A DNA stretch of 64,000 nt from Mycoplasma sp. CAG:877. GTDB lineage: Bacteria; Bacillota_I; Bacilli_A; RF39; UBA660. Position 1 is the first letter of the stretch. Every line of letters starts with the position of its first letter. The notes under the pieces were generated by a model. The model ran no database searches, was not told where the DNA came from, and saw only the letters and a list, made by a program, of their open reading frames with translations. Both the position numbers and the translations under genes were made by a program. Below are positions 30,147 through 39,990 of the stretch, piece by piece. The stretch is from assembly GCA_000433455.1 (NCBI GenBank), contig HF992498.1:49922-113921 (forward strand), written 5' to 3'.

Positions 30147-33098
30147 CTACCCAATTACATTTTTATTTACATCTTTTGTAATTAAATATGGATCTTCCAT
30201 AGTACCATTTCCACCATCTGTTCTAATACCACTTTTAAGTACAATAGCTGGTCTCACACCATAATTATCTCTAACATCATAATTAGAACTATCTCCACCA
30301 ACAGTTCCCATAGAAGTAACATAAGAAACAGAGGCATTAAGCCCATAATAAGATCTAGGAGTTAACATCCAATCAGTCATACCAGTATATAAATAGTAAC
30401 TAGAATTAGCACTATTAGATCCCCCAGCATAAATATACTCATCCAAAGTAAGTAACGCTACTGGATACTTAAAGCCTTCTATACTAGTATTCAAAATATC
30501 ATTACTATTAGCACAAGTAAAAGATAATTTATAAGAACCATAATACAATCGGTAATATCCAATAAAATGCGTATAAGAATCATTACTAGCATCGGTATCT
30601 TTACTAAGTAATGAGCTATCACTAATTGTTCTATCACTACACCAGTTAGCATCCTCTAAATACTTTGTATAATTTAATAAATTATTTTTATACCAATTAT
30701 CAACAACACTCTTAATAGTTGAATCATTTTTATTTTCAAACATCTCATTCTTAAGATCTTCTATTCCCTTACCACCAGTCATACTATAATAGCCTGTATT
30801 ATCATCTACTGTATTATTAGTCTTCTTATGTTTTAAAATATAATATAAAGTACTACAAGAATTACTTTCTGATAAACATGTATAATTATGCTTATTATAT
30901 ATCTTAGATCCGCCTGTTAAATAGTCTCCCATATTAATACTAATTGTATCTTTTAATGTATATACTCCATTAGAATAAGTAAAATCATTACCAAATATCC
31001 ATTTATGATTATCTCCATCTGCATATAAAAATTCATAAGTAAGACCATCAGTAAATTCATAATAATTTAAATATGTAGAACCAGAAGTAGCTAAATATAC
31101 TTGTCCCACATTAGTACAACTAGTCTCAGTTTCAGAAAGACAAGTATATTTCTTATCTAAATTACTATGATTTTCTTTATAAAGATATTGAACCGGATTA
31201 ACTAAAGTATATACGCCATTAGAATAAGTAACAGTATCACTAAAATAATATTTTGTATTTGGTATATTAGATTTTTGTTTCATTTGCATACCATTAGCAT
31301 AATACAAATTTAATCTCTTATTAGTAAGTTCATGTAATGTCCCATACATATACCCAACAGATCCAGCTGATGCATAATTACTATTAAATTGACTACTAGC
31401 AATTCTAGTATTCACACCAGTTGTATTAGTACAATATCCAGAAGAATCAACTTCACCATTATAAATAAGTTTTACTCCACCATTTTCTGTAGTTCTAACT
31501 ATCTTCCAACAAAATCCTGCAAACTTAACATTGTTATTTTTAACATCTCCTCTAAAATAATAAATTGGATATGTATCATTCTTGGTTGTTGCTACTTCAT
31601 ATAAACCTTTACCATTAGTATCAGAAGATCCACCCTTAATACTAATACCGCCAGCTGAAGAAACAAACTCACTCTTTATATTATCCATAACTGCACTATC
31701 CGCTAAAAGACTATATAAAGTCTGTACTTTAGATACTTTACCATCCATTCTTTTAGAAAGAGAAAGGCCACTCCATTTTGCCACTAATTCAACGGTCTTA
31801 TTAGGCATTGTAAAATGATTAGAATCAGTTAATTTAGCTCCATTATTTTTTATAGAAAATCCCTTAAGTTGATAATTTCCACATACTACATCCTCATCAT
31901 ATATTTCAACACTATCAAAAACTCTATACTTCTTAGTAACAGGAAAATTAATAGTACACTCACTAGGTAAATTCATATCATAAATAACACTATTATAATT
32001 AGAAATAACCGGACTAAGACTAGAATCAATAGTCTCACTAATATTATCTAAATTATAATTAATAATATTTTTAGTTAAAACCGGTACAACAATTTCACTA
32101 TCTACATATTCATCTTTTAACTTCAACTCAATCTTAGCTTCAACTTCCTCTAAAGTTCTAATATTATTATCTAAATTCCAAGTCAAAGTATCCTTATTAA
32201 AACTCAAAGTACCAAGAGTAGAACTATAATTTAATACTTCAAAATAATTAGTATTTACATAACTTTTTATATTAAAAGTATCATAAGTCATAGAAACAAC
32301 AGATGCTTTATCTAACTCAGTACTTATACTATCTTTATTACTAACAAATTGTCTATCACTAACTAAAGCAATATTTTGATTTACTTTATTTCCCATCTCA
32401 TACTGAACTATATGAACATTAGCATATGGATATTTTTGTTTTAACATCTCATATGATGGTCTCTCATTAGGTATATCTTCATTTGCAACTCCATCGGTCA
32501 CAAATAAAACTAGTAATTCTCTATCACTTTCTTTTTTATAATTACTTAGTAATTCATCAATTTTTAAAAATGCTTGATAATAATTAGTACCTGCTGAAAA
32601 ATTAATATTATTGATTACATCTTTTATTGAACTTTTATCACTAATAAATGTCTGTTCTATATTAGCTATAGAATTAAATGTAATTAAAGCTGTTTTATTA
32701 TTACTACTCTGACTATATAATTTATCAATTAATTCAAAGCAAGCACTTTTAACATAACTAAACTTTTCAAACTTCATAGATTCAGAATTATCAATAACAA
32801 AAACCGTATCTATATAATCATAATCTGTCTTTGAAATAGTTTTTAAATCTAGTTTTAAAGTCAATTTATCTACATTACTAAAACTAATAGAACTATCTAA
32901 GTTCCATGATCCTGGATCTGTATCATAATTTAATTTAGTTGAACTAATAGATACACTATCAACAGGTACAGCTTCCGCCATCGTAAAAGGTATAAAAATA
33001 ATTAAAAGTAAAAAGGTAATAACCGTCAAAATACTAAATACAAATCTATTCCTGTCTGTCTGTCCAAGGATAGACTTTATTCCTTTCTGTGTCAACAT
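30147..33098 (-). CDS. Giant surface protein: TM/signal, VWA domain (intact MIDAS), List-Bact repeat, long C-terminal region
   Basis: VFVIDNSESM (DxSxS MIDAS) ..LFVTDGVAN; the repeat is GNYQLKGFSI..FTMPNKTVELVAKW. The C-terminal DWMLTPRS..YGVRPAIVLKSG motif marks it as a paralog of 16691..20146. Confidence 0.65.
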   Translation of the reverse strand: MLTQKGIKSILGQTDRNRFVFSILTVITFLLLIIFIPFTMAEAVPVDSVSISSTKLNYDTDPGSWNLDSSISFSNVDKLTLKLDLKTISKTDYDYIDTVFVIDNSESMKFEKFSYVKSACFELIDKLYSQSSNNKTALITFNSIANIEQTFISDKSSIKDVINNINFSAGTNYYQAFLKIDELLSNYKKESDRELLVLFVTDGVANEDIPNERPSYEMLKQKYPYANVHIVQYEMGNKVNQNIALVSDRQFVSNKDSISTELDKASVVSMTYDTFNIKSYVNTNYFEVLNYSSTLGTLSFNKDTLTWNLDNNIRTLEEVEAKIELKLKDEYVDSEIVVPVLTKNIINYNLDNISETIDSSLSPVISNYNSVIYDMNLPSECTINFPVTKKYRVFDSVEIYDEDVVCGNYQLKGFSIKNNGAKLTDSNHFTMPNKTVELVAKWSGLSLSKRMDGKVSKVQTLYSLLADSAVMDNIKSEFVSSAGGISIKGGSSDTNGKGLYEVATTKNDTYPIYYFRGDVKNNNVKFAGFCWKIVRTTENGGVKLIYNGEVDSSGYCTNTTGVNTRIASSQFNSNYASAGSVGYMYGTLHELTNKRLNLYYANGMQMKQKSNIPNTKYYFSDTVTYSNGVYTLVNPVQYLYKENHSNLDKKYTCLSETETSCTNVGQVYLATSGSTYLNYYEFTDGLTYEFLYADGDNHKWIFGNDFTYSNGVYTLKDTISINMGDYLTGGSKIYNKHNYTCLSESNSCSTLYYILKHKKTNNTVDDNTGYYSMTGGKGIEDLKNEMFENKNDSTIKSVVDNWYKNNLLNYTKYLEDANWCSDRTISDSSLLSKDTDASNDSYTHFIGYYRLYYGSYKLSFTCANSNDILNTSIEGFKYPVALLTLDEYIYAGGSNSANSSYYLYTGMTDWMLTPRSYYGLNASVSYVTSMGTVGGDSSNYDVRDNYGVRPAIVLKSGIRTDGGNGTMEDPYLITKDVNKNVIG

Positions 33099-33215
33099 AT
33101 TACCACCAACTTTAGTATTTTTATCTATATTAATTATACTATTTTTATAATTTTATTTCAATGATAAAGATGTACATGTTATAATAAACATATATATAAT
33201 TGAAAGGATACAAGT

Positions 33216-33722
33216 ATGGATAATAATGAATTAGAAAATAATGAAGAATTACAAGAACTAAACTTTATCAAAGATGCAGACAAATATACTGTCTACTATG
33301 AAGAAGATAAACAAATTAGTACCAAAACAAAAATAGCCCTAGCTGGAATAATTCTTGCCTTTGTACTAGTTATGTTCTGGCCTGGTCTAAAAACTATTAA
33401 GATTGCATTTGGGATTGGTACCATTCTGGCAATCACCTCAACAATTATAAGTATAACATCAGCTAATAAAATAGACACTCATCGTTATAATGAAAAGAAA
33501 TTAAATGGACTAATAATAGTTCTTAGTATTATTGAACTTATCTTTATGATTGCTTCCTTCTTTGTATTTATATCTTTAGAAAATATAAAATTTACCAATA
33601 AATATATTTGTCCATCTTATTCTGTTACCAATTGTACTGATAACAAAGATGGAACAAGTACTTGTAACTTTCTAAATAAAATAGATATACCCTGCAGTAC
33701 TAAAATAGTAAAAAATAAATAA
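33216..33722 (+). CDS. Hypothetical membrane protein with Cys-containing C-terminal tail
   Basis: 168-aa ORF with three hydrophobic segments. It is divergent from the VWA operon. Confidence 0.45.
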   Translation: MDNNELENNEELQELNFIKDADKYTVYYEEDKQISTKTKIALAGIILAFVLVMFWPGLKTIKIAFGIGTILAITSTIISITSANKIDTHRYNEKKLNGLIIVLSIIELIFMIASFFVFISLENIKFTNKYICPSYSVTNCTDNKDGTSTCNFLNKIDIPCSTKIVKNK

Positions 33723-33754
33723 AGAATGCTTAAAAATACTCAAGCATTCTTTTT

Positions 33755-34516
33755 CTATACCTTAACATTTGGATTAATATATTGCCCATGCTTCTTAGTC
33801 TTCTTCTTATACTCAATAGCAGCCTTAGGACAATTATGTAAACATCTTAAACATAAAATACATTTCTCACTCTTCCAAACTGGTTTTCCATTTTTTACTT
33901 CTATTGCTCCACATGGACACTTAACTTCACACATTCCACATCCAGTACAATCATTATTAACTGTAAAATACTTAGTACTACAAGCCTTATCATATGAAGA
34001 GTATACTCTTTTTACAATAAATCCTGGTAACTTCTTACTCTGAAAAGTACCAGCCTTTTTTCCCATAATTTTTTTTATTATAAAGTCAATTCTAACTTCA
34101 CTCTTCTTCTGAACCTCTTCATTACTTTTCAAATCACTAACATCATAACTAGGAGTCCAAGTATCAACCATAACAATATCAAACTTTGCTTTTAATTCAA
34201 TATTAATATTTTTTAATAACTCTTCAAGCATATCTAGAGTACCACCAGAAAAACCTCCACAAGTAGTAACACCATAAACATAATTATTACCATTACAATT
34301 AATTTTTGCTCTTTTAAAAAAATCTTTTACTATAACTGGAACTCCAAAAAAGTAAGTAGGACAAATTATACCTAAATTTTCATTTTCATCTAAATCAAAC
34401 TTATAATTATTAACTCTAATACAATCTTCTATAGAAAATATTTTCTCAGAAGTAGCCTCACCAATCCTAGAAGCCACATACTTACTATTTCCTGTTCCCG
34501 AAAAGTATAATATCAT
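33755..34516 (-). CDS. EFR1-type flavodoxin-like protein with 2x[4Fe-4S] ferredoxin domain
   Basis: MILYFSGTGNSKYVA (flavodoxin-like) and C-terminal CTGCGMCEVKCP..CILCLRCLHNCP. Confidence 0.7.
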   Translation of the reverse strand: MILYFSGTGNSKYVASRIGEATSEKIFSIEDCIRVNNYKFDLDENENLGIICPTYFFGVPVIVKDFFKRAKINCNGNNYVYGVTTCGGFSGGTLDMLEELLKNINIELKAKFDIVMVDTWTPSYDVSDLKSNEEVQKKSEVRIDFIIKKIMGKKAGTFQSKKLPGFIVKRVYSSYDKACSTKYFTVNNDCTGCGMCEVKCPCGAIEVKNGKPVWKSEKCILCLRCLHNCPKAAIEYKKKTKKHGQYINPNVKV

Positions 34517-35767
34517 CTACTCACCCTCTTTACTTAAAAACTTCATAATCGAATAAGCTGTATCTCTACCATTACGACAAGCCCAAGCAACTGTTGACTT
34601 AGCCCCTGTTAAATCCCCTGCCGCAAATATCTTTGGATTAGATGTCTGATTATTACTATTAACCATTAAATAACCATTCTCTTTAACATCCAATTTCAAA
34701 CTCTCTAAAAGTTCACTATCTGCTCTAGAACCAACTGCCATAATAACTACATCAGTATCTATTACAAAGTTACTACCTTCAACATTAATAGCCTTTTTCT
34801 CCTTATCTAAAGTAGTCTTTACACATTCAATACCAGTAACTTTATCTTCACCTATAACTTTAATAACATTAGTCTGAAATAAAAACTTAATACCTTCTTT
34901 TTTAGCCGCCCTAATATCATTCATCTCCGCAGACATTTCACTTCTACTTCTTCTATAAATAATACCAACTTCACTAGCACCTTCTTTTATAGCCGTTCTA
35001 GCCATATCGATAGAAACTCCTCCACCTCCAATAACTACAACTCTTTTAGAAGTATAATCTACTTGAACTAAATTCTCCAACAATTCATTGGCTCCATATA
35101 CACCATTAAGTTCTTCTCCACTAAGTCCCATCATCTTAGATACATTAGCACCAAGTCCTAAAAATACTGCATCATACTCTTTCTCTAACTCCTTAAGAGA
35201 AATATCTTTTCCTAAAGAAACATTAGTCTTAACCTCTATTCCTAAATCAAGTATCTGTTTAATAACTTTAGAAACTAACTCCTTATCAAGTCTAAACTTA
35301 GGAATACCATGATATAAAAGTCCTCCTAAATATTCATGTTTTTCATATATCGTAACTTGATAACCATTTTCTGCTAAAAATCCTGCACAAGTAAGACCTG
35401 ATGGTCCAGATCCAATAACTGCAATCCTCTCTTTTTTCTTACTCTTTCTTGGTAATTTCCACCCATTCTCTACTGCCAAATCTCCAACATAACTTTCTAT
35501 TTTACCAATCTCGACTGGATCATATGACACTTTCTTTGCACAAGATCCTTGACATTGCTTATCAACAGGACATATTTCTCCACAAACAGAAGGTAAAACT
35601 GTACTCTTACAAAGTACTTTAAAAGCCTCTTCATAATTATTATTCTTTACATTTTCAATAAACTCTGGAATATCTATATTTAATGGACATCCTATTTGAC
35701 AAGGTTTAGTAACACAAGTCTCACATTTAGAGGCAGCAATCTTTACTTCTAATTTTTCCTTTTCCAT
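34517..35767 (-). CDS. GltD-like NAD(P)H-dependent FAD/Fe-S oxidoreductase (glutamate synthase small-subunit family)
   Basis: N-terminal Cys clusters (CQIGCP, CGEICPVDKQCQGSC), the dinucleotide fold IAVIGSGPSGLTCAGFL, and a second VVVIGGGGVSIDMA. Confidence 0.75.
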   Translation of the reverse strand: MEKEKLEVKIAASKCETCVTKPCQIGCPLNIDIPEFIENVKNNNYEEAFKVLCKSTVLPSVCGEICPVDKQCQGSCAKKVSYDPVEIGKIESYVGDLAVENGWKLPRKSKKKERIAVIGSGPSGLTCAGFLAENGYQVTIYEKHEYLGGLLYHGIPKFRLDKELVSKVIKQILDLGIEVKTNVSLGKDISLKELEKEYDAVFLGLGANVSKMMGLSGEELNGVYGANELLENLVQVDYTSKRVVVIGGGGVSIDMARTAIKEGASEVGIIYRRSRSEMSAEMNDIRAAKKEGIKFLFQTNVIKVIGEDKVTGIECVKTTLDKEKKAINVEGSNFVIDTDVVIMAVGSRADSELLESLKLDVKENGYLMVNSNNQTSNPKIFAAGDLTGAKSTVAWACRNGRDTAYSIMKFLSKEGE

Positions 35768-37113
35768 TACTTTTTCCCCTTTACTAAATAAGATTTATCA
35801 TCATAAGTAGTATGTAAATACTTATGAACTTTATCTTTATCATTATAAAACTCCCTATATATCTTTATAATATCAGGATTCTTATAACTAAGACGTCTCT
35901 TCATTTTCTCATCTTCACTATAAAGTCCATTCATTCTCTCTAACTTTTTATCTCTCATCTCTAATAAACTTAGTTTAGGCTGTCCCCCTCCAGCAATACA
36001 ACCACCAACACAGTTCATCACTTCTACAAATTGATACTCTGCTTTACCTTCTTTAATTTTATCAATCAAAGTCTTCGCATTTTTCATACCATTTGCTATC
36101 GCAACTTTTAGTTTTATCTCTCCTGTATCAAGTAAAACTTCCTTTATTCCATCCATTCCTCTAACATCAGAAAAAACTAATTTTTCATCTTCTAAATCTT
36201 TACCAGTAATATAATGATATGCCGTTCTTAAAGTTGCCTCACTTACTCCTCCAGAACTACCAAAAATAACTCCTGCACTACTACCAAGTCCTAAAGGAGA
36301 ATCAAACTTACCATCCTCTAACTTCAATAAATCAATATTATTATCCTTTATCATTTTTGCAAGTTCTCTTGTTGTTAAAACATAATCTGTATCCCTCTTA
36401 GTAACATTTATTTCATCTCTTTTAATCTCATACTTTTTAGATGTACATGGAGCAATCACTACATTAACTAGTCTTCCTAAATCAATACCTTCTTTTTCCG
36501 CAAAATATGTCTTAATAGTTGTACTTTGCATCGCAATAGGACTCTTACAAGTAGATAAATTAGGAATTAACTCTGGATAAAAAATCTCTGCATACTTTAC
36601 CCAAGAAGGGCAACAAGAAGTAAACATTGGAAGATTCTTATTATTCTTAATTCTCTCTACTAACTCTAAAGCCTCTTCCATTACTGTTAAATCAGCACCA
36701 AAAGTAATATCAAAAACATATTTAAAACCTAGTTTTCTTAAAGCCGTAATAATTTTCTTATAAATATTTTTACCTGCTTCTAATCCAAATTCTTCTCCCA
36801 GTGCCACTCTAACAGCTGGAGCCAATGAAACAACAACGACTTTTTCTGGATTAGAAAGTAATCTCTCCACCTTCAAATAGTCGAATCGTTCTCTAATAGA
36901 CTCTGTAGGGCAATAATTGGCACACTGTCCGCAGTTAATACATATAGGCTCATGAGTAATACCAAGATCATACATCTTTGCCACTGTCACATCATTACGA
37001 CAAATTCTAACACAGTAGCCACATTGTATACATTTACTAGCATCTTTCATTATTGCCGGATTTTCATTACTAATTGGTAACGCTATATCTTCTCCATTCA
37101 TTTTCTTCACCAA
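35767..37113 (-). CDS. hydA: [FeFe]-hydrogenase catalytic subunit
   Basis: Two N-terminal ferredoxin-like CxxCxxCxxxCP motifs. H-cluster motifs are L1 TSCCPSWV, L2 APCTSKKYE and L3 EVMNCVGGCIAGGGQP. Confidence 0.85.
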   Translation of the reverse strand: MVKKMNGEDIALPISNENPAIMKDASKCIQCGYCVRICRNDVTVAKMYDLGITHEPICINCGQCANYCPTESIRERFDYLKVERLLSNPEKVVVVSLAPAVRVALGEEFGLEAGKNIYKKIITALRKLGFKYVFDITFGADLTVMEEALELVERIKNNKNLPMFTSCCPSWVKYAEIFYPELIPNLSTCKSPIAMQSTTIKTYFAEKEGIDLGRLVNVVIAPCTSKKYEIKRDEINVTKRDTDYVLTTRELAKMIKDNNIDLLKLEDGKFDSPLGLGSSAGVIFGSSGGVSEATLRTAYHYITGKDLEDEKLVFSDVRGMDGIKEVLLDTGEIKLKVAIANGMKNAKTLIDKIKEGKAEYQFVEVMNCVGGCIAGGGQPKLSLLEMRDKKLERMNGLYSEDEKMKRRLSYKNPDIIKIYREFYNDKDKVHKYLHTTYDDKSYLVKGKK

Positions 37114-37230
37114 GCCTTCTATTCTTATCTTACTTATATCATTATACCTAATTTCTAATTAATTTAAAATAACAAATGAAATCTTTATGCTAAAGATTAT
37201 ACATGATATAATATTTTTGAGGTGAAAACT

Positions 37231-37743
37231 ATGCTAACTTTAGTTATACCAGAATTAAAAGATTACTGGTATGAAAAAAAATTAAATGAAGATCCTGCTT
37301 CTATGAGTTATAATGCTGGATATGACGTTTCCTATTCTGGTTATCATTATGATACAGGAACAATTGACTTTCCTGAAGAAAATTTTGAAAAGACCTACAA
37401 CAAAAGAAAAGACAAAAACAAGTTTTTTGCCTACTTAAAAGACACAAAAACAAATGAATTTGTAGGCTATATAAATTACCAATTTAATAGTTCTGAAAAT
37501 TACTATGACTGTGGCATTTTAATAGAAGCTTCGAAAAGAGGAAAAGGTTATTCTAAAGAAGGTTTAAAATTATTGTGTGAAGCAGCCAAGAAAAATGGTA
37601 TTAAAGAATTATATGATAACTTTGAAAAAGATCGATATCATACTAAAGTATTTGAAGATGTTGGCTTTAAAGTAATAAAAGAAACTACTGGGAAAAAATT
37701 TGGTAAAGATGTTGAAGGAGTAATTGTAAAAATAGAATTATGA
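37231..37743 (+). CDS. GNAT family N-acetyltransferase
   Basis: ..CGILIEASKRGKGYSKEGLKLL.. is the acetyl-CoA binding motif. ATG 37231 lies behind GAGGTGA. It has an ATGA overlap with the next gene. Confidence 0.7.
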   Translation: MLTLVIPELKDYWYEKKLNEDPASMSYNAGYDVSYSGYHYDTGTIDFPEENFEKTYNKRKDKNKFFAYLKDTKTNEFVGYINYQFNSSENYYDCGILIEASKRGKGYSKEGLKLLCEAAKKNGIKELYDNFEKDRYHTKVFEDVGFKVIKETTGKKFGKDVEGVIVKIEL

Positions 37744-38642
37744 AAAAAGAAATATTAGAATATAAAGAACTCTTAAGAAAATGTTTTTCAAAAGAAACCG
37801 CTCATCCAAGTTGTCAAAATGACTATGAGAAAAATGATTGTTCTTATGGTCAATGTGCTATTACCTCTATGCTTGTATTTAAAAAGTTTGGTGGTACAAT
37901 AAACAAAATTAACTTAGATGAAGAATCTTCTCACTACTTTAATATTATTAATAATGAAATAATTGACTTAACAAAAGAACAATTTAAAGACCAATTAGAT
38001 TATTCAAATTATATTGAAAAAGATTTTAGTAGTCTTCTTCAAAATGAAAATACTAAAAAAAGATATTTTTTACTAAAAGAAAAAGTAAATCTAGCTCTTA
38101 TAGATCAAAAAATAGCTTCTTGCACTCTTTGCAAAGACTTAGTAGAACACTTTCCTAATAGTAAAACAATCTCCTTCGGAAAAACAAAAAAAATCTTAAT
38201 ATTAGGAGAAGCACCAGCTAACAATGGTTGGCGTAAATCTGGTATTGCTTGGTATGATCAAAATAAAAAATTACTACCATCAGGAGTAGTAATGCAAAAA
38301 CTATTAGACATTATAAATATTAAATTAGAAGACACTTACTTTTTAGAAGCCATAAAATGTTTCCCTAAAGAAAGAAAAAGTCTAAATATTTGTAGTAAAA
38401 ACTGTAAGACTTTTCTTATGAGGCAACTAGAAGAAATAAAACCTGAAATAGTCTTAGCATTAGGAGATGCCGCAACAAAAACAATTCTAGATACAAAATA
38501 CAAAAAATTCAGTGAAGTTGTTGATAAAGAATTTACTATAGACAATATAAAAGTAATTCCAATTTACCACCCATCACCTATATCACCATTAAGTTTAAAA
38601 GGAAACATTCCTATCTTTGAACAATTAAAAAAGACCATATAA
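37740..38642 (+). CDS. YunG-like N-terminal domain fused to family-4-type uracil-DNA glycosylase domain
   Basis: The N-terminal part is ..CSYGQCAITSMLVFKKFGGTI..SHYFNII..IDLTKEQF. The C-terminal part is ILILGEAPANNGW (GEAPG-like motif A) and IYHPSPISPLS (HPSPLS motif B). Confidence 0.6.
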   Translation: MKKEILEYKELLRKCFSKETAHPSCQNDYEKNDCSYGQCAITSMLVFKKFGGTINKINLDEESSHYFNIINNEIIDLTKEQFKDQLDYSNYIEKDFSSLLQNENTKKRYFLLKEKVNLALIDQKIASCTLCKDLVEHFPNSKTISFGKTKKILILGEAPANNGWRKSGIAWYDQNKKLLPSGVVMQKLLDIINIKLEDTYFLEAIKCFPKERKSLNICSKNCKTFLMRQLEEIKPEIVLALGDAATKTILDTKYKKFSEVVDKEFTIDNIKVIPIYHPSPISPLSLKGNIPIFEQLKKTI

Positions 38643-38643
38643 A

Positions 38644-38690
38644 AACTAGAGTTTGCAAAACGTCAAATATAAAACTCTAGTTTTTAATTT
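38644..38690. terminator. Bidirectional terminator between convergent genes
   Basis: AACTAGAGTT..19 nt..AACTCTAGTT with T-runs on both strands. Confidence 0.5.
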
Positions 38691-39184
38691 ACAATATTTC
38701 CATTTTTTTCTAACACTTTTATTTCTACTTCCTCACCATGTATTTTATAAGTTATTTTATTATGAATATTTTTTAAGTACAATGCTTTACCCATTTGACT
38801 ATTCAATGATATTTCTTGTATTGAACTTTCTAAGTCAGGTAAATATTTACCAGTCAATCTAACTTCAAAAACTTCAATATCATCTTCATCATAGATAACT
38901 TCAATTTTTAAAACATCTCCAACATTTATTACATCATTATTTTGTTTTATCTCACTAACCACTTTTAAATATCTTTTATCAACAAGCATTTTTTGTACTT
39001 TAGCACTTATTTTCTTCTCATCTCTCATAAGTTCTTCATATGCAAAGTTATCATGCCATCCATCTCCAACAGCATCTCTACATACATCAGCACCTACAGA
39101 AGCAATATTTTCTAAAGTACTTCTAAGCTCATCCAAAATATTCATAAATTGTTCATAACCATTTCTATCAACTAATATTTCCAT
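38684..39184 (-). CDS. GreA/GreB-family-like transcription factor
   Basis: An N-terminal coiled-coil with ..GDGWHDNFAYEELMRDE.. (Gre acidic-tip region pattern) and a C-terminal beta domain. Confidence 0.55.
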   Translation of the reverse strand: MEILVDRNGYEQFMNILDELRSTLENIASVGADVCRDAVGDGWHDNFAYEELMRDEKKISAKVQKMLVDKRYLKVVSEIKQNNDVINVGDVLKIEVIYDEDDIEVFEVRLTGKYLPDLESSIQEISLNSQMGKALYLKNIHNKITYKIHGEEVEIKVLEKNGNIVN

Positions 39185-39467
39185 GTCCTACTCACCTCCT
39201 TTCAATATTCATATGTCGCATATCACAAGAAAGTTCTGAAAAATATAAGAAATATTAGCGATAATTTTTTTTAGTCATTAACATTCAATAAAATATTAAC
39301 TTTTTCTTAACACCAAAATATTATCATAGGCATTTTATTTTTACAAGTATATTTTTTTTAACTTTTTTTAAATTCCTTCAAAGTTTTTTATATTTTTTTC
39401 GAATAATATAAGTAGGGAATACTAATGGATTCAAGTGCTTACCTCTTTAGAGAGGAGGTGATGTCAA

Positions 39468-39545
39468 ATGACTAAAAAGGAATACCTAATTCTTAGTCAA
39501 ATTATTATCATCATCTTGCTTATTATCACTCTACTATTCAGATAG
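39468..39545 (+). CDS. 25-aa hydrophobic peptide, type I toxin candidate (copy 1)
   Basis: GAGAGGAGGTGA lies 7 nt before the ATG. The peptide is MTKKEYLILSQIIIIILLIITLLFR. An upstream ACCTC anti-SD can pair with the SD. Confidence 0.55.
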   Translation: MTKKEYLILSQIIIIILLIITLLFR

Positions 39546-39551
39546 CGATGA

Positions 39552-39630
39552 TAAAAAAGAAAAAAGCACTTAATCAGCAATGTGATTAGGTGCTACCACC
39601 AACAAAGGGGTAAGTACTTAATACAGCACA
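39552..39630 (-). ncRNA. Candidate antisense antitoxin sRNA (copy 1), convergent with the toxin 3' UTR
   Basis: There is a minus-strand intrinsic terminator: AGCACCTAATCA-cattgc-TGATTAAGTGCT then TTTTTTCTTTTTT (3' end ~39552). Possible promoters are TTGAAT-17-TACTTA or TTGTAA-17-TACGAT further upstream. The 5' end is not determined. Confidence 0.4.
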
Positions 39631-39655
39631 TTAAGTATTCCCTATTTTTATTTTA
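39609..39655 (+). terminator. Terminator of toxin mRNA copy 1; also complementary to its own 5' end
   Basis: GTACTTAAT-acagcac-ATTAAGTAT followed by TCCCTATTTTTATTTTA. The reverse complement of 39609-39644 matches 39413-39443. Confidence 0.5.
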
Positions 39656-39828
39656 TTCAAGTTTCCTTGACATATTCATCGTATCATAGACCTTATACTT
39701 TTACAAGTATATTTTTCTTAACTTTTTTTTAAATTACTTCAAAGTTTTCTATATTTTTTTCGAATAATATAAGTAGGGAATACTAATGGATTCAAGTGCT
39801 TACCTCTTTAGAGAGGAGGTGATGTCAA

Positions 39829-39906
39829 ATGACTAAAAAGGAATACCTAATTCTTAGTCAAATTATTATCATCATCTTGCTTATTATCACTCTACTATTC
39901 AGATAA
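39829..39906 (+). CDS. 25-aa hydrophobic peptide, type I toxin candidate (copy 2)
   Basis: Same RBS and identical peptide to copy 1; the stop codon is TAA instead of TAG. Confidence 0.55.
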   Translation: MTKKEYLILSQIIIIILLIITLLFR

Positions 39907-39912
39907 TGATAA

Positions 39913-39990
39913 TAAAAAAGAAAAAAGCACTAAATCAGCAATGTGATTAAGTGCAAACCCAATTGAGGTAAGTACTTAATCGCACAAAAC
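39913..39990 (-). ncRNA. Candidate antisense antitoxin sRNA (copy 2)
   Basis: Equivalent minus-strand terminator (GCACTTAATCA-cattgc-TGATTTAGTGC + T-run). The body differs from copy 1. Confidence 0.4.

Noticed and set aside
33726-34043. 105-aa plus-strand ORF
   Set aside because: It is antisense to the well-supported EFR1 flavodoxin/ferredoxin gene, so it is a shadow ORF.
38653-38862. 69-aa plus-strand ORF and other 60-76-aa ORFs such as 45569-45891, 46013-46219 and 46614-46814
   Set aside because: All lie antisense within longer, better-supported minus-strand genes and have low-complexity translations.
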